Shown: positions 1-12,633, numbered from the stretch's first letter. The stretch: 64,000 nt of DNA from Azolla caroliniana (GCA_043228905.1 JBHGNT010000013.1:1302001-1366000); one strand, 5' to 3'. The notes: a model not told the origin generated them from the sequence alone. Numbers and translations: made by a program.

Positions 1-568
1 AAAATGGATGGATAAATCAATAAAAGATGCCACATGGGAACGCGAAAATACACTTAGAACTAACTTCCCTAACTTTCCATTGCAAGAGTGCAATGTTTTA
101 AAGAGGGGGAGTATGTTACGGGCATGACCATATAATATCCCGTGGTAAGAATTTACCGTAGTATTCTATACACGTGGATAAGTGTGAGGGTTAAAGGAGA
201 GTGTAAAGAAGGGGAGGATTACTTTTAATCCTCGGGATTGAGACAACCCATTAGGTCAAGTGTGAACTTGCCTGGGGGCCTTGGGTTTCGCTATAAATAA
301 GAGGCCTAGCTACCCTCATTTGAGGATCTTTTGACTACATCGAGACTCTGCTCGTGTGGTGGGTCAACTCTTGTAGCGAGCGCGCCAGCACCAGGTACGA
401 CTCGACGCCACGACGGTGGTATGGGACGCCGATCGAGGCTCGAGTCCGTCTCGATCCCTTCGCTCGGGGGTGGTCGGGTGGATCGGCACCCTTCTTTCTC
501 TTTCTCCTTTCTATCTATCTTTTCATTATCCTTATCTTAAGCTTACATTAGTACTATGATCTATAATA
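1..568 (+). mobile_element. Gypsy chromovirus family A, copy A1 (chromodomain tail, PPT and 3' LTR; rest outside window)
   Basis: 1-100 encodes [33 protein letters not shown], identical to the C-terminus of the 1469-aa ORF. PPT AAGAGGGGGAGTA at 101-113, then LTR. Confidence 0.95.
114..568 (+). repeat. 3' LTR of A1 (455 bp, TG...TA)
   Basis: Near-identical to the reverse complement of 20383-20837 and 26946-27400. TATAAATA near 292. Confidence 0.95.
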
Positions 569-3500
569 TGATAGCACTTGGTTCTTGGATACTCACCATC
601 TAACATATCGAAAAGACTGGTTGGACTACTATCAAGAGCTCCCAATTCCATTGAAGGTCACCTTCGGAGACAAAGGTCAAAACGTGGCAGCTAGGAAAGG
701 TAATATCAAATTAAGGCTCATTAGTAATCCTGTTGTACAAATTTTAGATATATACTTTGTACCTAGAATTGCAAAACATCTATTATCAGTGGGACAAGCT
801 ACTACAAAAGGAATGACAATCAAATTCAGCAAACAACAAGCTACCCTATATATCCAAGATGATCAACATGAGATAAAAATTGTATGCCCAAAACAAGGGC
901 AACTATATCCTGTCAAGGCAAATCTAGGAGAAGCATTAACTGCTGAAGTACATCAAGGAGGAGTAGACAATGTGTCCCCCATCTATCTATGGCATTGCCG
1001 ATTCGGTTATCTACATACACCAACACTCAAGTTGTGTCAAAATCAGAACCTAGTAAGAGGTTTACCTTCCACAATCTTTAAATCTATTGATATTTGTGAA
1101 GGATGCATGTATGGGAAAATGGCTCAAAACCCATTTCCACTAAGTAACTCAAAGACAAAGGAACTACTTCAACTTGTTCACATGGATGTATGTGGACCGA
1201 TAACTCCCAACTCACTCTCTGGAGCAAGGTACTTTATAACATTAATTGATAACACTTCGCGATTCACAATAGTTAACTTTCTTAAACAAAAGGGAAATGC
1301 ATTCAAAGCATTTTGTGCATATAATAGCTTTGTTGAAAATCAGACACAACTTATAGTAATAAGAAGTGACAATGGTGGGGAGTTTGTTTCACAAGAGTGG
1401 GAGGCCTTTAACAAAAAAAATGGTAATATTTCATCAAAAGTCAACTGTCTACACACCTCAACAAAATGGGATAGTCAAGAGAAAGAATCACACCTTATTA
1501 AATGCAACTAGGAGTATGTTGAAGACGAGTGGAATGGCCTCGAGATTCTTGGAAGAAGCAGTAGCCACAACTTGTTACCTACAAAATAGAACTCCTCACC
1601 AAGGTATAGAAGGACAAGTTCCATACACCATGTGGTATGGGTACCCACTTGAGATATCACATCTTTGAGTATTTGGAGCAACCGCATTTGCATACATACA
1701 ACTTGCCAAGAGGACAAAACTTGAGGATCAATGCATCAAAGGAAAACTTATTGGATATGGGGAGCCATATGGAGTAAAAGCATACAAAATTTACCCTCCG
1801 AATATAGGTAAAATAATTTTTAGTTGTTCTATGGAGTTTGATGAGAAAAGTCTTTTTTCTAGGTCATCATATGTAATGAAAGACACCGGGAGTGGACACC
1901 TTACCAACGAAATCACAAAGTTAAGACTCCCTCAAGCAACAACAATGGAATTTGAAAATGATAGGATAACATCAGAAAACTCACCAAATGAACACATGAC
2001 TGCTGCTGACAATCAAATTACAACATCCTCTTCTACGAACCCACTACAATCAACACAATCTAGTGCATCTTACATACACAAGTTCGAGCCTCTACAACAT
2101 AATAATAGAGGAAAGCACACAGAGAATCGAATTCTACGAAGTTTAGAACATCTGGATCTACACCAAACAAATCCAAATGACAGGCAACAACAAAACTATG
2201 GAACCAACATCATCAACACCGAACTACACAACAATCATGGTGCACCAACAACTAATGCAACAGAAAACAAAGGAGAGAAACTCAACCAATTACCTAATTC
2301 TCAGATCTTAACCACTCAAGATGAGGGGTTGGGAACCTCCGCTACCAAGACCGCCACCAAGCTTGTGGCCACCAAATCAGCCATTCGAAATCTCGAACCT
2401 GAGGATGTGGTAGTGCGCCGCCAACAACCCAACACGTCTTCCTTAGCATTCGAATGTCGAAATTGTGAATCTGAACATACAAGTTCAGGTCACCTACAAC
2501 CCTACACCACCTTAGAGTATCCTCAAAATCCCAAAATTGGTAGTCAATTTGTCTGCCAATCTGATGCTCAGAGCCCTGAAGGTGAACAAGTGTACGACCA
2601 AAGCCTTGAAAGCAACGATCAGTTCACTGCCCAATATATTACTCGAAGCCTTGAACTTGAGCATACGAGTGGCGACCACATGCAACCTTGTGCATCCTCC
2701 ATGACTACAAGAAAACAAAGCTCCAGATCTGAGAATTTGGACCTCGGCCGCCTACAAACTTGCAACCTCTCCAAAACAACCTTAAAAGACAAAGAAATTA
2801 GGGCTAAAAGGACTAAGGTAAGGTTACTTAGTGATATTTATGATGCAACTAAGGACGAGGTGCTTGAAAAGTCGACATGTCACGTTGTAACAGAGACAGA
2901 GTTCGACATATCCATCTTTGCTGCCATCATTGAAGGAGACAACTACGACACAGCTCCAATTCTCATCTTCAAGCAAGCATTAAAAAGTAAAGAAAAAGAA
3001 AATTGGGTTGCGGCTATTAAATCTGAATTCTCGGCACTCTAAAAGAATCACACATGGACATTAGTACCGTGGCCTCGTCACTCCAATATCATCACTTGTA
3101 AGTGGCTCTTTACAAAGAAATATGATGTCTTAGGTACTCCCGTGAGGTTCAAAGCGAGATTAGTAGCTCTAGGATTCTCATAAATACCATGTGTGGACTA
3201 CCATGAAACTTTTTCACCCACTCTAAAAATCATTGCACTTCGATTGATTCTTGCCATTACGGCATATTTAAATCTTGAACTTCACCATGTTGATGTTGAA
3301 ACAACGTTTTTACATGGTGATTTAGAAGAAGATATATATATGGAACAACCCCAAATGTTAGATAATAATATAGACCCTAATTATGTGTGTAAACTTAACC
3401 AAGTTTCATAGGTTCCTCTTATCAATCAAATTTCAACAACCTCAATTGGAACCTAATCTATATATAAGGAAAACAAAAACAGAATTCTTACTCTTGGGAG

Positions 3501-4542
3501 TTTATGTGGATGATTTACCTATTGTTGGGACATCTAAAGACTTGGTGATGGAATTTATTGCAGAGTTACGACAACAATTCCCTATAAAACATCTTGGGTC
3601 ACTAGAACATTTTGTTGGGATTCATGTAAAAAGGAATCGAACTCTAGGTACACTCTCCCTATCAGAAGAAACCTTTGTTGATAATATACTAACCAAGTTT
3701 GATATGTTTGAGTGTTCTCCAATCTACACTCCCCTCACAGTACCATGCAAATTATCATTCGAAGATTCACCACATACAACTGAAGAAACTTACATTATGA
3801 AGGATATCCTGTATCGCCAAGTGTTGGGGAGCATTCGATACCTCATCAGCTACACTCGACCCGACTTATCTTTTGCCGTTGGATACCTATCCAGATTCAT
3901 GGAAAATCTAGGAGTTAACCATTGGAAAGCGCTTAAAAGAGTATTACGGTATCTGAAGTACACAAGGGATATGACACTTACCTACACATCATACTCTAAA
4001 GCCCAACATTCAAATATCCAAGCTTGGCTATCTACACCACTACATGGTTGGACGGATGCAAATTGGGGGTGAGATAGGGATACCTCGCGATTCACCTCCG
4101 GCTATGTATTCCTATTTGCAGGTGGTGCCATTTCATGGCGAACAAAGAAACAAGCTACCGTCGCCCTCTCTTCCACTGAAGCAGAATACATTGCGGCTAC
4201 TCTCACTACTAACGAAGGATTATGGTTGAAGTCCATCATTGATGAACTTGTCATCCTCCAAATCTCTGAATTCAAGTTATGGTGTAACACCCAATCCTGC
4301 ATCAAAATCACTAAGGATCCCAAGATCACAGAGCAAAACAAGCATATCCGCGGACGACATCACTTCATCTCAGAACTTCTTGAAGAGTCTAACCTTTCTA
4401 TTGGACATACTTCAACTCAAGCTATGTGGGCTGATTTTCTTACCAAGCTAGTACCCAATGCAAAACATTGGAGTTGCTGCCACCATATTGGATTAAGTAT
4501 TCATCCAAATAGACGAGTTGGTGGTGTCACAAGTAAGGGGGG
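569..4542 (+). pseudogene. Copia-1 pol, decayed
   Basis: Motifs LWHCRFGY, CEGC, VHMDVCGP, RSDNGGEF, PQQNG, DYHETFSP, VYVDD, TRPDL, LSSTEAEY are split across frames with stops. Small deletion in RT near 3400. Confidence 0.93.
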
Positions 4543-4868
4543 TGTTAAGATTACCTGCTTACACCACAAATTATAAAACATTAGTTATGAGGATAAAGAC
4601 AAAATATGAGTTACAAAGAATAATAAGGAAAAGACAAAACAACAGTTACAAAGAAGTAACGGCTAGCCGTTACTTCTATGTATATATATATATGTATGAA
4701 GTATTGTTTAATGTGTGTGTGATACTACATCTAGAGTTGTTGCTGTAGGTCCCTACATTGTAATACACTTGTCTTAATCTAATATCTTACCTTTTTCGAC
4801 ATTCTTCCAAAACTCTCTCTCTTTCTTTGTTGTCAATCCAACCAATTATGTTCTAAACTTTTCTTACA
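4543..4868 (+). repeat. 3' LTR of Copia-1
   Basis: Follows the PPT, has TG...CA ends and a TATA-rich centre. Partner LTR is outside the window, so the right end is inferred. Confidence 0.7.
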
Positions 4869-5002
4869 GACACGAACCTCTCGTTCGGTCGAAACATCCG
4901 CGAACATAAAAACTTCGGAACTCTTTTATTTGGTCTTACAATAATGATGTTGTGTGTATGTGTTATGTGTTATTCGTTATTTTAATGTGAGTTGTGAGTT
5001 TA

Positions 5003-5237
5003 CAAAATTTTGTGGCTGTCCTTCGCGTTTTTAAAATTTTAGTATCTGCCCACCATGTTTTTGAAATTCTTGGTAATGCTCTTCAGTTTTTGAAATTCAA
5101 TAGTTGCCCTTGAGTTTGAAATTATGTTGATGCTCTTAGATATCTTAAAAATTCCATAAATTACCCTCGTGTTTTTGAAATTCTCTCGATTGCCCTCGAC
5201 CTTTGGAAATTTGATCACCTCGACTTACTAAAATTTT
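5003..5237. repeat. Degenerate ~29-bp tandem repeat, about 8 units
   Basis: Recurring TTTTGAAATT-N8-TGCCCTCG-like units, e.g. at 5063, 5092, 5118, 5177 and 5206. Confidence 0.7.
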
Positions 5238-5552
5238 CTTCCAATGCCGTCTCTTTTTAATTTCTCTTTTCTTCTACTTTCTTTGTCTTTTTTTTTCTTC
5301 TTCATTTGTTTACTTCTTTGTCTCGATCTGTACCTGCATATGCATCTATCTCCATCTCCATCTCCATCATCTGTTTTTCTCACATCTTTCTCTTGCATAA
5401 CCTGTCTATTACTCTTTTCTTGTCCCCGATCTCTCCCTTGTTTTCTTTTTGGATACTTTTTTATTTCACTGTCCCTTCGGCCGCAATTCGACTGTTGTTC
5501 AGCTGCCACTCAGCCACTATCCGGTCAATTGCCACCACTCGATTATTGTTGG

Positions 5553-5764
5553 TGTTGGAAATTATAAGAAAAAAAAAATACAAATTAATAATAACTAAAT
5601 TATAAAATAAAAATAAACAGTTATGACTTTTACGAACAATTACTTTTGTAAAGTTCACATTTGTCCTATAAAACTAAAATACACGCCTCTCTACATTTAG
5701 TAGAGAGGAACCACAATTTTATCTATTTGTCTGTCTGTCTCTCTATCTATCTCTGTTTTCAACA
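5553..5764 (+). repeat. 5' LTR of Copia-2
   Basis: TGTTGGAA...TTCAACA; direct repeat of 10589-10831. Confidence 0.95.
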
Positions 5765-5775
5765 TGGTATCAGAG
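5765..5775 (+). promoter_or_regulatory. PBS, tRNA-iMet (Copia-2)
   Basis: TGGTATCAGAG directly after the LTR. Confidence 0.93.
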
Positions 5776-7944
5776 TAGGTTCCCTTTTTTTTTAGGTGAC
5801 ATCCAAATTTCTGCCATAGCAAATCAGAGAATGGCCCTTGATTAAAGATCTCTGCACAGAAACAACAGATAATATAATAGGCTAGAATTTTAGCCTCTTC
5901 TAAGACCTGCACAATCCTGTTTTATTTAACAAACAAATCGCTCACAACCATGGCTCAAGCAATGCCTTCCTCATCCCAAAACTTTATGTATAGAAAAACC
6001 CCAATTAGCAAATTGAATAATACAAACTATAGAGTTTGGAGTAGCAAAATGACTCTCCTTTTTAAACAACTTGGAGGATCAGCAAGCCGACGCAATAAGA
6101 AACTGCAGCACTACAAACGCCATGTGGATCGACTTGAAGAACGAATTTGAACCAACTACAGATGGAAACCAGGTCATGACTCTAAACTCATTAGTCGTTT
6201 TAAAAATGCAAGAAGAAGATGAAATGAATGCATTTATAAACTCATGGAAACGCAAATTAGATGACTGTCTCATGTCCGGGGTAGAAATCGAATCGAAGTT
6301 GCAAAGGCTTCTTTTATTAGGTGCACTACCACCATCTTGGAGCACTTTTGTGACCACCCAAAACTTCAATACAAACACAACTCTCATTGACCTAATTAAT
6401 TATATATGACAAGAAGAAGCCATGAAAAAGGCATGTCGACCTGAACAAACACAACACACATCAACAATGATAGCATACCGTGGAAAACAACCCTATCAAA
6501 ACCAAAGAACAAAATATAGGCCTAGAAACTATCCTGACAATTCTAGACCACAAGTTGGAGGCATCAGATTCTCACAAATTTTCTGCACCATTTGTAATAA
6601 ATCTGGACACACAAACAAGCAATGTAGGTTTAGACAAATGAAAAACAAACAATCATATCAACGACCTAGATTTGGAGTAGAAGCCCACCTAGCTGAAGAA
6701 ATTTCCGAAAATGAGTCTTACCCAACTGAAACAAACGATGAGGAAAATGATGATGGTTATGATGACCTCCTGCAAGTCTTCCTTGCAAAAGATTCGACTC
6801 CAGAAATCAATACAAAACAACCAGCAGAAAACACTTGGTACTTTGATACCGGTGCCACCCATCACATAACAAATAATAAACAATCTATTAGAAACTACAA
6901 CTCCTTATCAGTACCAATCCCTGTTGTGTTTGGTAATAATGGTAGCCTAAATGCCTTAAGAAAAGGAGATGTAAGTTTTCTCCTACAAGACAATCAACTC
7001 CTCACAATAGACAATGTCTATTTTGTTCTTGGAATTACGAAAAACCTATTATCAGTCTCTCAAGCAACCAAAAATGGTACATCCATAAAATTCGAAGAAA
7101 CATATGCACAAATTAAGCATAAGTCACCAAATGGACAGAAAATAAAGTACATCAATAGGCGCCTTGATAAAGGGCTTTATCACATTCCATGCCCACCAAC
7201 ATATACAGACATAGAAGCACTTTATGTATCCACAAAAGAAAACCATGATCTTAGCATCTTATGGCATCATAGACTTGCTCATATAAATTTACAGGCCATT
7301 AAAACCCTATAATAAAAAAACATGGTTATTGGTCTCCCTAAAGAACAATTCACAACTTCATTAGACCTCTGCGAAGGGATTCTTGGGAAGATGCCTCATC
7401 ACTCTTTTCCACTACGACAAAGTAGAAGTCGATTCCCGTTGAAATTAGTCCATAATAATCTTTGTGGCCCTTTCTCGACACCGTTAATAACTGGATCACA
7501 TTACTTGATCAATTTCATAGATGACTATAGTAGATTCACTATTATTACATTTCTTAAAACAAAAAACCAAGCACTTAAAAATTACTTAACACTAGCTGAA
7601 AATATAACTAAAAGCAAAATACAATTTCTACAAATTGATGGAGGCGGCGAATACAATTCTAATGCCTTCGTGGATTTTTGCAAATCAAAAGGAATTCACC
7701 ACCGAAAATCTACACCACAAACTCAACAAAATGGAATTTCGGAAAGGTAAAATCGTAGCTTACTAAATGTTGCCCGTAGCATGTTGAATGCCACAAACCT
7801 AGAGCCGAAATTCTGGGAGGAAGCGGTTGCAACCGCTTGTTACATTCAAAACAGAATTTATCACTGCTCGATTTGACTACACACACCTTTTGAAATGTGA
7901 TATGGCTACAAACCTCATTTACAAGACTTTAAAATATTCAGATG

Positions 7945-8682
7945 TGTTGGGAGACAGGTCCCTCCGGATGGGAAGGGAGAAGAACAGTGCCGAAACCGTA
8001 TGAGGAGGACCCGGCTACGGAGAGCCGGATGATACAGACCCGGTGAAGATAGGATGAGGAGTACCCGGCTACGGAGAGCCGGATGATACAGACCCGGTGA
8101 AGACCGGATGAGGAGTACCCGGCTATGGAGAGCCGGATGGTGCAGACCCAGTGTGAACAGGATGAGGAGTACCCGGCTACAGAGAGTCGGATGACGCATA
8201 CCCGGTGAGAACTGGAGGAAGAGACATATTCGTAAATATGTTTCTGCGAGCCCATTGTGGCTATATTTGTAAATAGCCGAAAAGTCATATTAGTATAAAT
8301 ATGACTTAGGGCAAATATGTAGATATACTGTTGTTGTTGTTGTCATTCTTGTTGGTGCAAGAATATAGAGAGAGCGCGGAACTGTGTACAGAGAGAGAGA
8401 GAGAGAAAGAGGTCGTTGCCTCTGTTGTAACCGCCGCCTGTGGCGAAGTTCTGTGAGCACGAGGTCGTTGCCTGAGTGAACTCACTGTTGTACATTCTTA
8501 CATAGTGATAGTTTGCAGCCTGTGGGTTGCCGTGGTTTTTCCCCTAGTTTGGGGTTTTCCACGTAAACCTCCTGTGTACCTCCTCTCTTCTTTGTGTCGT
8601 GTTCTATTTCCCGTTTTCTGTGTATCATTCTAAGCTCGGTTGTGGCCGAGCGTAGCGCACAAGGAACGTTGAGTTCCCGTCA
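7945..8682 (+). mobile_element. Solo LTR of a Tork/Tnt1-like Copia, inserted in the Copia-2 integrase
   Basis: TGTTGGGA...TCCCGTCA. U5-type motif GTGGTTTTTCCC...GGGTTTTCCACGTAAA. Shares blocks (GGCTATATTTGTAAATAG, AGTATAAATATGACTTAGGGCAA, GAGGTCGTTGCCT) with the LTR at 44225-44592. TSD is ambiguous. Confidence 0.82.
7999..8214 (+). repeat. 4 x 54-bp tandem repeat in U3 of the solo LTR
   Basis: Units start at 7999, 8053, 8107 and 8161 (GATGAGGAGTACCCGGCTACGGAGAGCCGGATGATACAGACCCGGTGAAG...). Confidence 0.95.
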
Positions 8683-10588
8683 GATTGCTTTCGCTTGTGT
8701 ACCAGAAAACAAAAGAAACAAGTTAAATGCAAGAGCACAAAAATCCATCTTTGTTGGATATGGAGATGCACACGACTACAAGGCCTACTAACTCTACAAC
8801 CCAATTACCAACAAATTTTTCTTCAGCTGAAGCGTTATCTTCAACGAATTTGACATCCTAAAAAATTAAAACCAAAAATCAACAAATTCAGAAATACTAA
8901 TTAACAAACTTACAGCGGACAATGGTGCAGCCCCCGAGCAAACCAACAACACCATCACATGGGGCCTTCCATCTGGACCTCCATCACTGTAAGAACCATC
9001 AATCACCGATGGAACTCCCACATCGCCACAAGTCTCTTTTCATCTAACACCATCATATTCGGAAGCCACGTCGATTAGCATTCCACTGCAAAATAGACAT
9101 CATGGCACAACCGACCACACTCCCGTTGTGCTCCCCACTCGTACTGCTCCACCGTGATCGTCTCCTGAAGCCGTCTCGAGCAACATTCGATCTCCAAACA
9201 AAGATCAGGCCATTGCTGTGGACCACACTCCTGTCGTTGTCGAGCAGACAAATTTTGCCTCTCCTCTTCAATGTTATAATTTTTCTCATTCTATCCCACA
9301 TAACACATTAATGTTTCCTAACCAAACATTAAGTCCTAACACTTCCCGAGCCTACAACTGTAGATGAAGCTCTCCAAAGCTCAAATGTAGAAAATTGGAT
9401 TGCCGCCATGAAAAATGAAATGCACTCTCTCACAAAATATGAAACATGGTGTCTAGTGCAAAAACCTCAAAATCGCACAATTATTACTTGCAAGTGGGTA
9501 CTTCAAATTAAGCGAGACTCGCATGGAAAATCGGCATCTAACTTCATCATACTAGGAGTCTATGTAGATGATTTTCCCCTCCTCTCAAATTCTCTATCTT
9601 ATTTAAATTTTTGCAAACAAGAACTAAAATCATCATTTCCTATCACCAATCTTGGACCTATGACCTATTTTCTAGGAATAGAAGTAAAACGGAATATAAC
9701 ACTAGGACTAATATCACTCTCACAATCTCGGAACATTGATAATATTCTAAAACGTTTTGACATGGAACACTGCAAACCACACTTAAGTTGTCCCAAAATC
9801 ACCCATACAGGAAACCGAAATGAAAAACATTCCCTATAGACAAGTAATAGGGTTCATACGATATCTAGTCAGTAGCACCAGACCAGATCTATGTTTTAAC
9901 ACTGGACTACTATCACACTTTATGACTATCCCCGGTCCTAAACATTGGCAAGCACTTAAAATAATTCTTAGATATCTTAAACATACTAAACACTTGTGTC
10001 TTACTTATCAATCCACGCATTCGGACTCGATCCAAAATTGTGCGGATGGGCAAACCCCTCAACTGCCCTTCATGGTTGGAGTGATTCTGACTGGGGGGGG
10101 GGGGGATGTGGATGACCAAAAATATACAAGTGGCTACGTTTACACCTTTGCTGGAGGAGCGATCGAATGGAGACCGAAGAAACAAGCCACAGTTTCACTA
10201 TCTTCAACAAATGCAGAATATGTTGCTGCCACTCTAGCTGCAAAAGAAGGAATCTGGTTAAAAGCTATATTGGAGGAAATTAATATTGCTAAAGAAAAAC
10301 CAATTGAAATCTATTGCGACAATCAATCCTGTATAAAGCTTGCAATCAATCCACAAATGAGCGATAATATAAGACATATATCATTCAAGCACCATTTTTA
10401 AGGGATCTAATTGAAGAGAAGAAAATAAATTTAAAGTTCACTCCATCAACCTCCATGTGGGCAGACTTCTTAACAAAGTTAGTGCCAAACCATAAACACG
10501 TACAATGTTGCAAGAACATTGGGTTTCTCAACCTCACCAACACTCAAGACAAAGATATGGAATTTTGATTATTATTTTTATGGGGGAG

Positions 10589-10764
10589 TGTTGGAAATTA
10601 TAAGAAAAAAATAAATACAAATTAATAATAATTACATTATAAAATAAAAATACATAGTTATGACTTTTACGAACAGTTACTTTTGTAAAGGGCACATTTG
10701 TCCTATAAAACTAAAATACACGCCCCTCTACATTTAGTAGAGAGGAACCACAATTTTATCTATC

Positions 10765-10815
<51 letters not shown>

Positions 10816-10831
10816 CTCTCTGTTTTCAATA
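10589..10831 (+). repeat. 3' LTR of Copia-2 with expanded (CT)n/(TCTA)n tract
   Basis: Direct repeat of 5553-5764. Microsatellite at ~10768-10820 accounts for the extra length. Terminal CA is mutated to TA. Confidence 0.93.
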
Positions 10832-11041
10832 GTCGGTCACTGTTCGGCCAATCGCCACTACTCGATCGCTATTTGGCCACCGCTCGGCCACTGTCTAACC
10901 AATTGCCACCACTCGATCACTGTCAGCCATTGTCTACCCAATCACCGCCGCCACATGACTATTCTCCATCGGCAAAAGCTTATAAAACTCATGGTGGCGG
11001 AGATGAATTTTTTCATGAAGTAACCAAGTTTCTTTTAGAAG

Positions 11042-11924
11042 TTGCTTTTGTCAGTTCCTGATTTTATTATATGCCCAAGCAACGGGGTAGGATTGATCCA
11101 GAAATCATTGATCGGCGCTATCGAGCTTGAAGAGCCACAAGAAATTGATCGAATTGGCCGACAACGGAACACCAAGAAAAGGGGTGAGCCGATTCAAATG
11201 CCTCTGCTACATATAACACTAGTTGAAGTACACAAAGAATATGGAAGAGCAATCAGAGTTGCCAAAGACATGGCAGAAGCATGCAAGAGAGCCGAAAAGC
11301 CCAAGTGGATAATTGCCCAATTGGATGCAAGATCAGTGTTCAAGAGCCCTAGTGGATAATGTCGACCTATTGGCAAAACTCCGACAAACCGAAGAAATGC
11401 TCAAGGAAGCGGAAGACCGGTTGTAGATGCAACAATTGTCTGTGAGGTCACAAGTGGCTAATCGACAATGGGAGGAACAATTGAAAGAAGTCGAGAAAAA
11501 GGTTGATGAGGCAACCGAACGAGGCGCCAAGGCGGAAGAAGAGGTCAAAAAATTGGAAGACCACATGACGCTAGCTAAAACTAAAATCAACAAGTGGTTG
11601 AATAGTAAAGATAATGCTATCCAATATTTCAAGACAAAATTGGCACAACAACAGGACGCAACGAACCAACAAGAGGAAAAAGTGCAAGAGTTAAAGGAGT
11701 ATATCCACATACAAGAGGACTATTTTGTAGAACAAATGTTCCAGACAAAACTCCAAACAACCGACATACAAGAAGCGCATGAAAAAGAGAAAGAACGTCT
11801 CGAGTTGATGAATTTTGATTTGATAATAATCGACGCCGAGTTGGAAGTAAAATAGAGCAAAAACGATTGGCATGTTGGTAGGTGAGGCTAAACTCCTGAT
11901 AGAACAAGGGTCGGCCAATGCCAA
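11042..11924 (+). pseudogene. Decayed coiled-coil ORF, N-terminal part (antisense ORF of putative element F)
   Basis: E/K/Q-rich heptad-like ORFs at 11042-11359 and 11427-11855. Continues after A2 at 33678. Confidence 0.6.
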
Positions 11925-12390
11925 TGTTATGGGCATGACCATATAATATCCCGTGGTGAGAATTTACTGTAGTATTCTATACACATGGATAACTGTGAGG
12001 GTTAAACGAGAGTGTAAAGAAGGGGAGGATTACTTTTTAATCCTCGGGATTGAGACAACCCATTAGGCCAAGTGTGAACTTGCTTGGGGGCCTTGGGTAT
12101 CGCTATAAATAAGAGGCCTAGCTACCCTCATTTGATCATCTTGTTGACTACGTCAAGACTCTGTCTTGTGGTGGGTCAACTCTTGTAGCGAGCGCGCCAA
12201 CACCAGGTACGACTCGATGCCACGACAATGGTATGGGATGCCGATCGAGGCTCGAGTCCGTCTCGATCCCTTCGCTCGGGGGTGGTCGGGTGGATCGACA
12301 CCCTTCTTTCTCTCTCTCCTTTCTAGATCTATCTATTCATCTATATTCTATCCTCATCTAATGCTTACATTAGTTTGAATGTCTCTTACA
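11925..12390 (+). repeat. 5' LTR of A2
   Basis: TGTTA...CTTACA; repeat of 33214-33677. U5 end differs from A1 and A3. Confidence 0.93.
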
Positions 12391-12392
12391 GT

Positions 12393-12404
12393 TGGTATCA
12401 GAGC
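12393..12404 (+). promoter_or_regulatory. PBS, tRNA-iMet (A2)
   Basis: TGGTATCAGAGC, 2 nt after the LTR. Confidence 0.93.
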
Positions 12405-12633
12405 TCATTTTCTAATGTTTCTTTTGTTGTCTTTTGTGTTCTTGATTGATGGCGATTGATCGTGCGATCGAGCTTCATGTAGACAAGGCTCAACAAAAGA
12501 ACTTCGGTAATCTTTCTTGTTTTTTTTTGTCTATTTTTTCTTCTCCCATCTAATCATGTGTATGGTTAATATGTAGATTTTTTTCATTAATTCAATGATG
12601 TTGTAGTGGTAATTCATTGGTTGTATAAAACGT

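Larger units (their letters stand above)
569..4868 (+). mobile_element. Ty1/Copia element Copia-1 (3' part, interrupted by A1)
   Basis: Domain order PR-GAG_pre-IN-RT-RH. PPT AAGTAAGGGGGG at 4531-4542. LTR TGTTAAGA(4543)...TCTTACA(4868). Confidence 0.9.
5950..10568 (+). pseudogene. Copia-2 gag-pol, decayed and interrupted by a solo LTR
   Basis: Gag KLNNTNYRVWS, CCHC knuckle CTICNKSGHTNKQC, protease WYFDTGATHH, integrase FIDDYSRF and DGGGEY, RT VYVDD. RT deletion near 9530 (KRDSHGK joined to NFIILGVYVDD). Confidence 0.92.
5553..10831 (+). mobile_element. Full-length decayed Copia-2
   Basis: LTRs 5553-5764 and 10589-10831. TSD GTTGG/GTCGG (1 mismatch). PBS TGGTATCAGAG at 5765-5775. PPT TGGGGGAG at 10581-10588. 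Confidence 0.95.

Noticed and set aside
250-292. Weak tRNA-like pattern (GGTCAAG...GGGTTTCG) in the family A LTR
   Set aside because: No proper A-box or GTTCRA B-box; A2 has GGGTATCG here.
331-551. Small ORFs repeated in every family A LTR
   Set aside because: They recur only because the LTR is repeated; starts are non-ATG and no domain is recognisable.
5228-5605. K/R-rich and F/L/S-rich ORFs
   Set aside because: Translation artefacts of a CT-rich low-complexity tract.
7999-8214. Possible CRISPR array or repeat protein
   Set aside because: Units are contiguous with no unique spacers, lie inside an LTR, and no cas genes are present.
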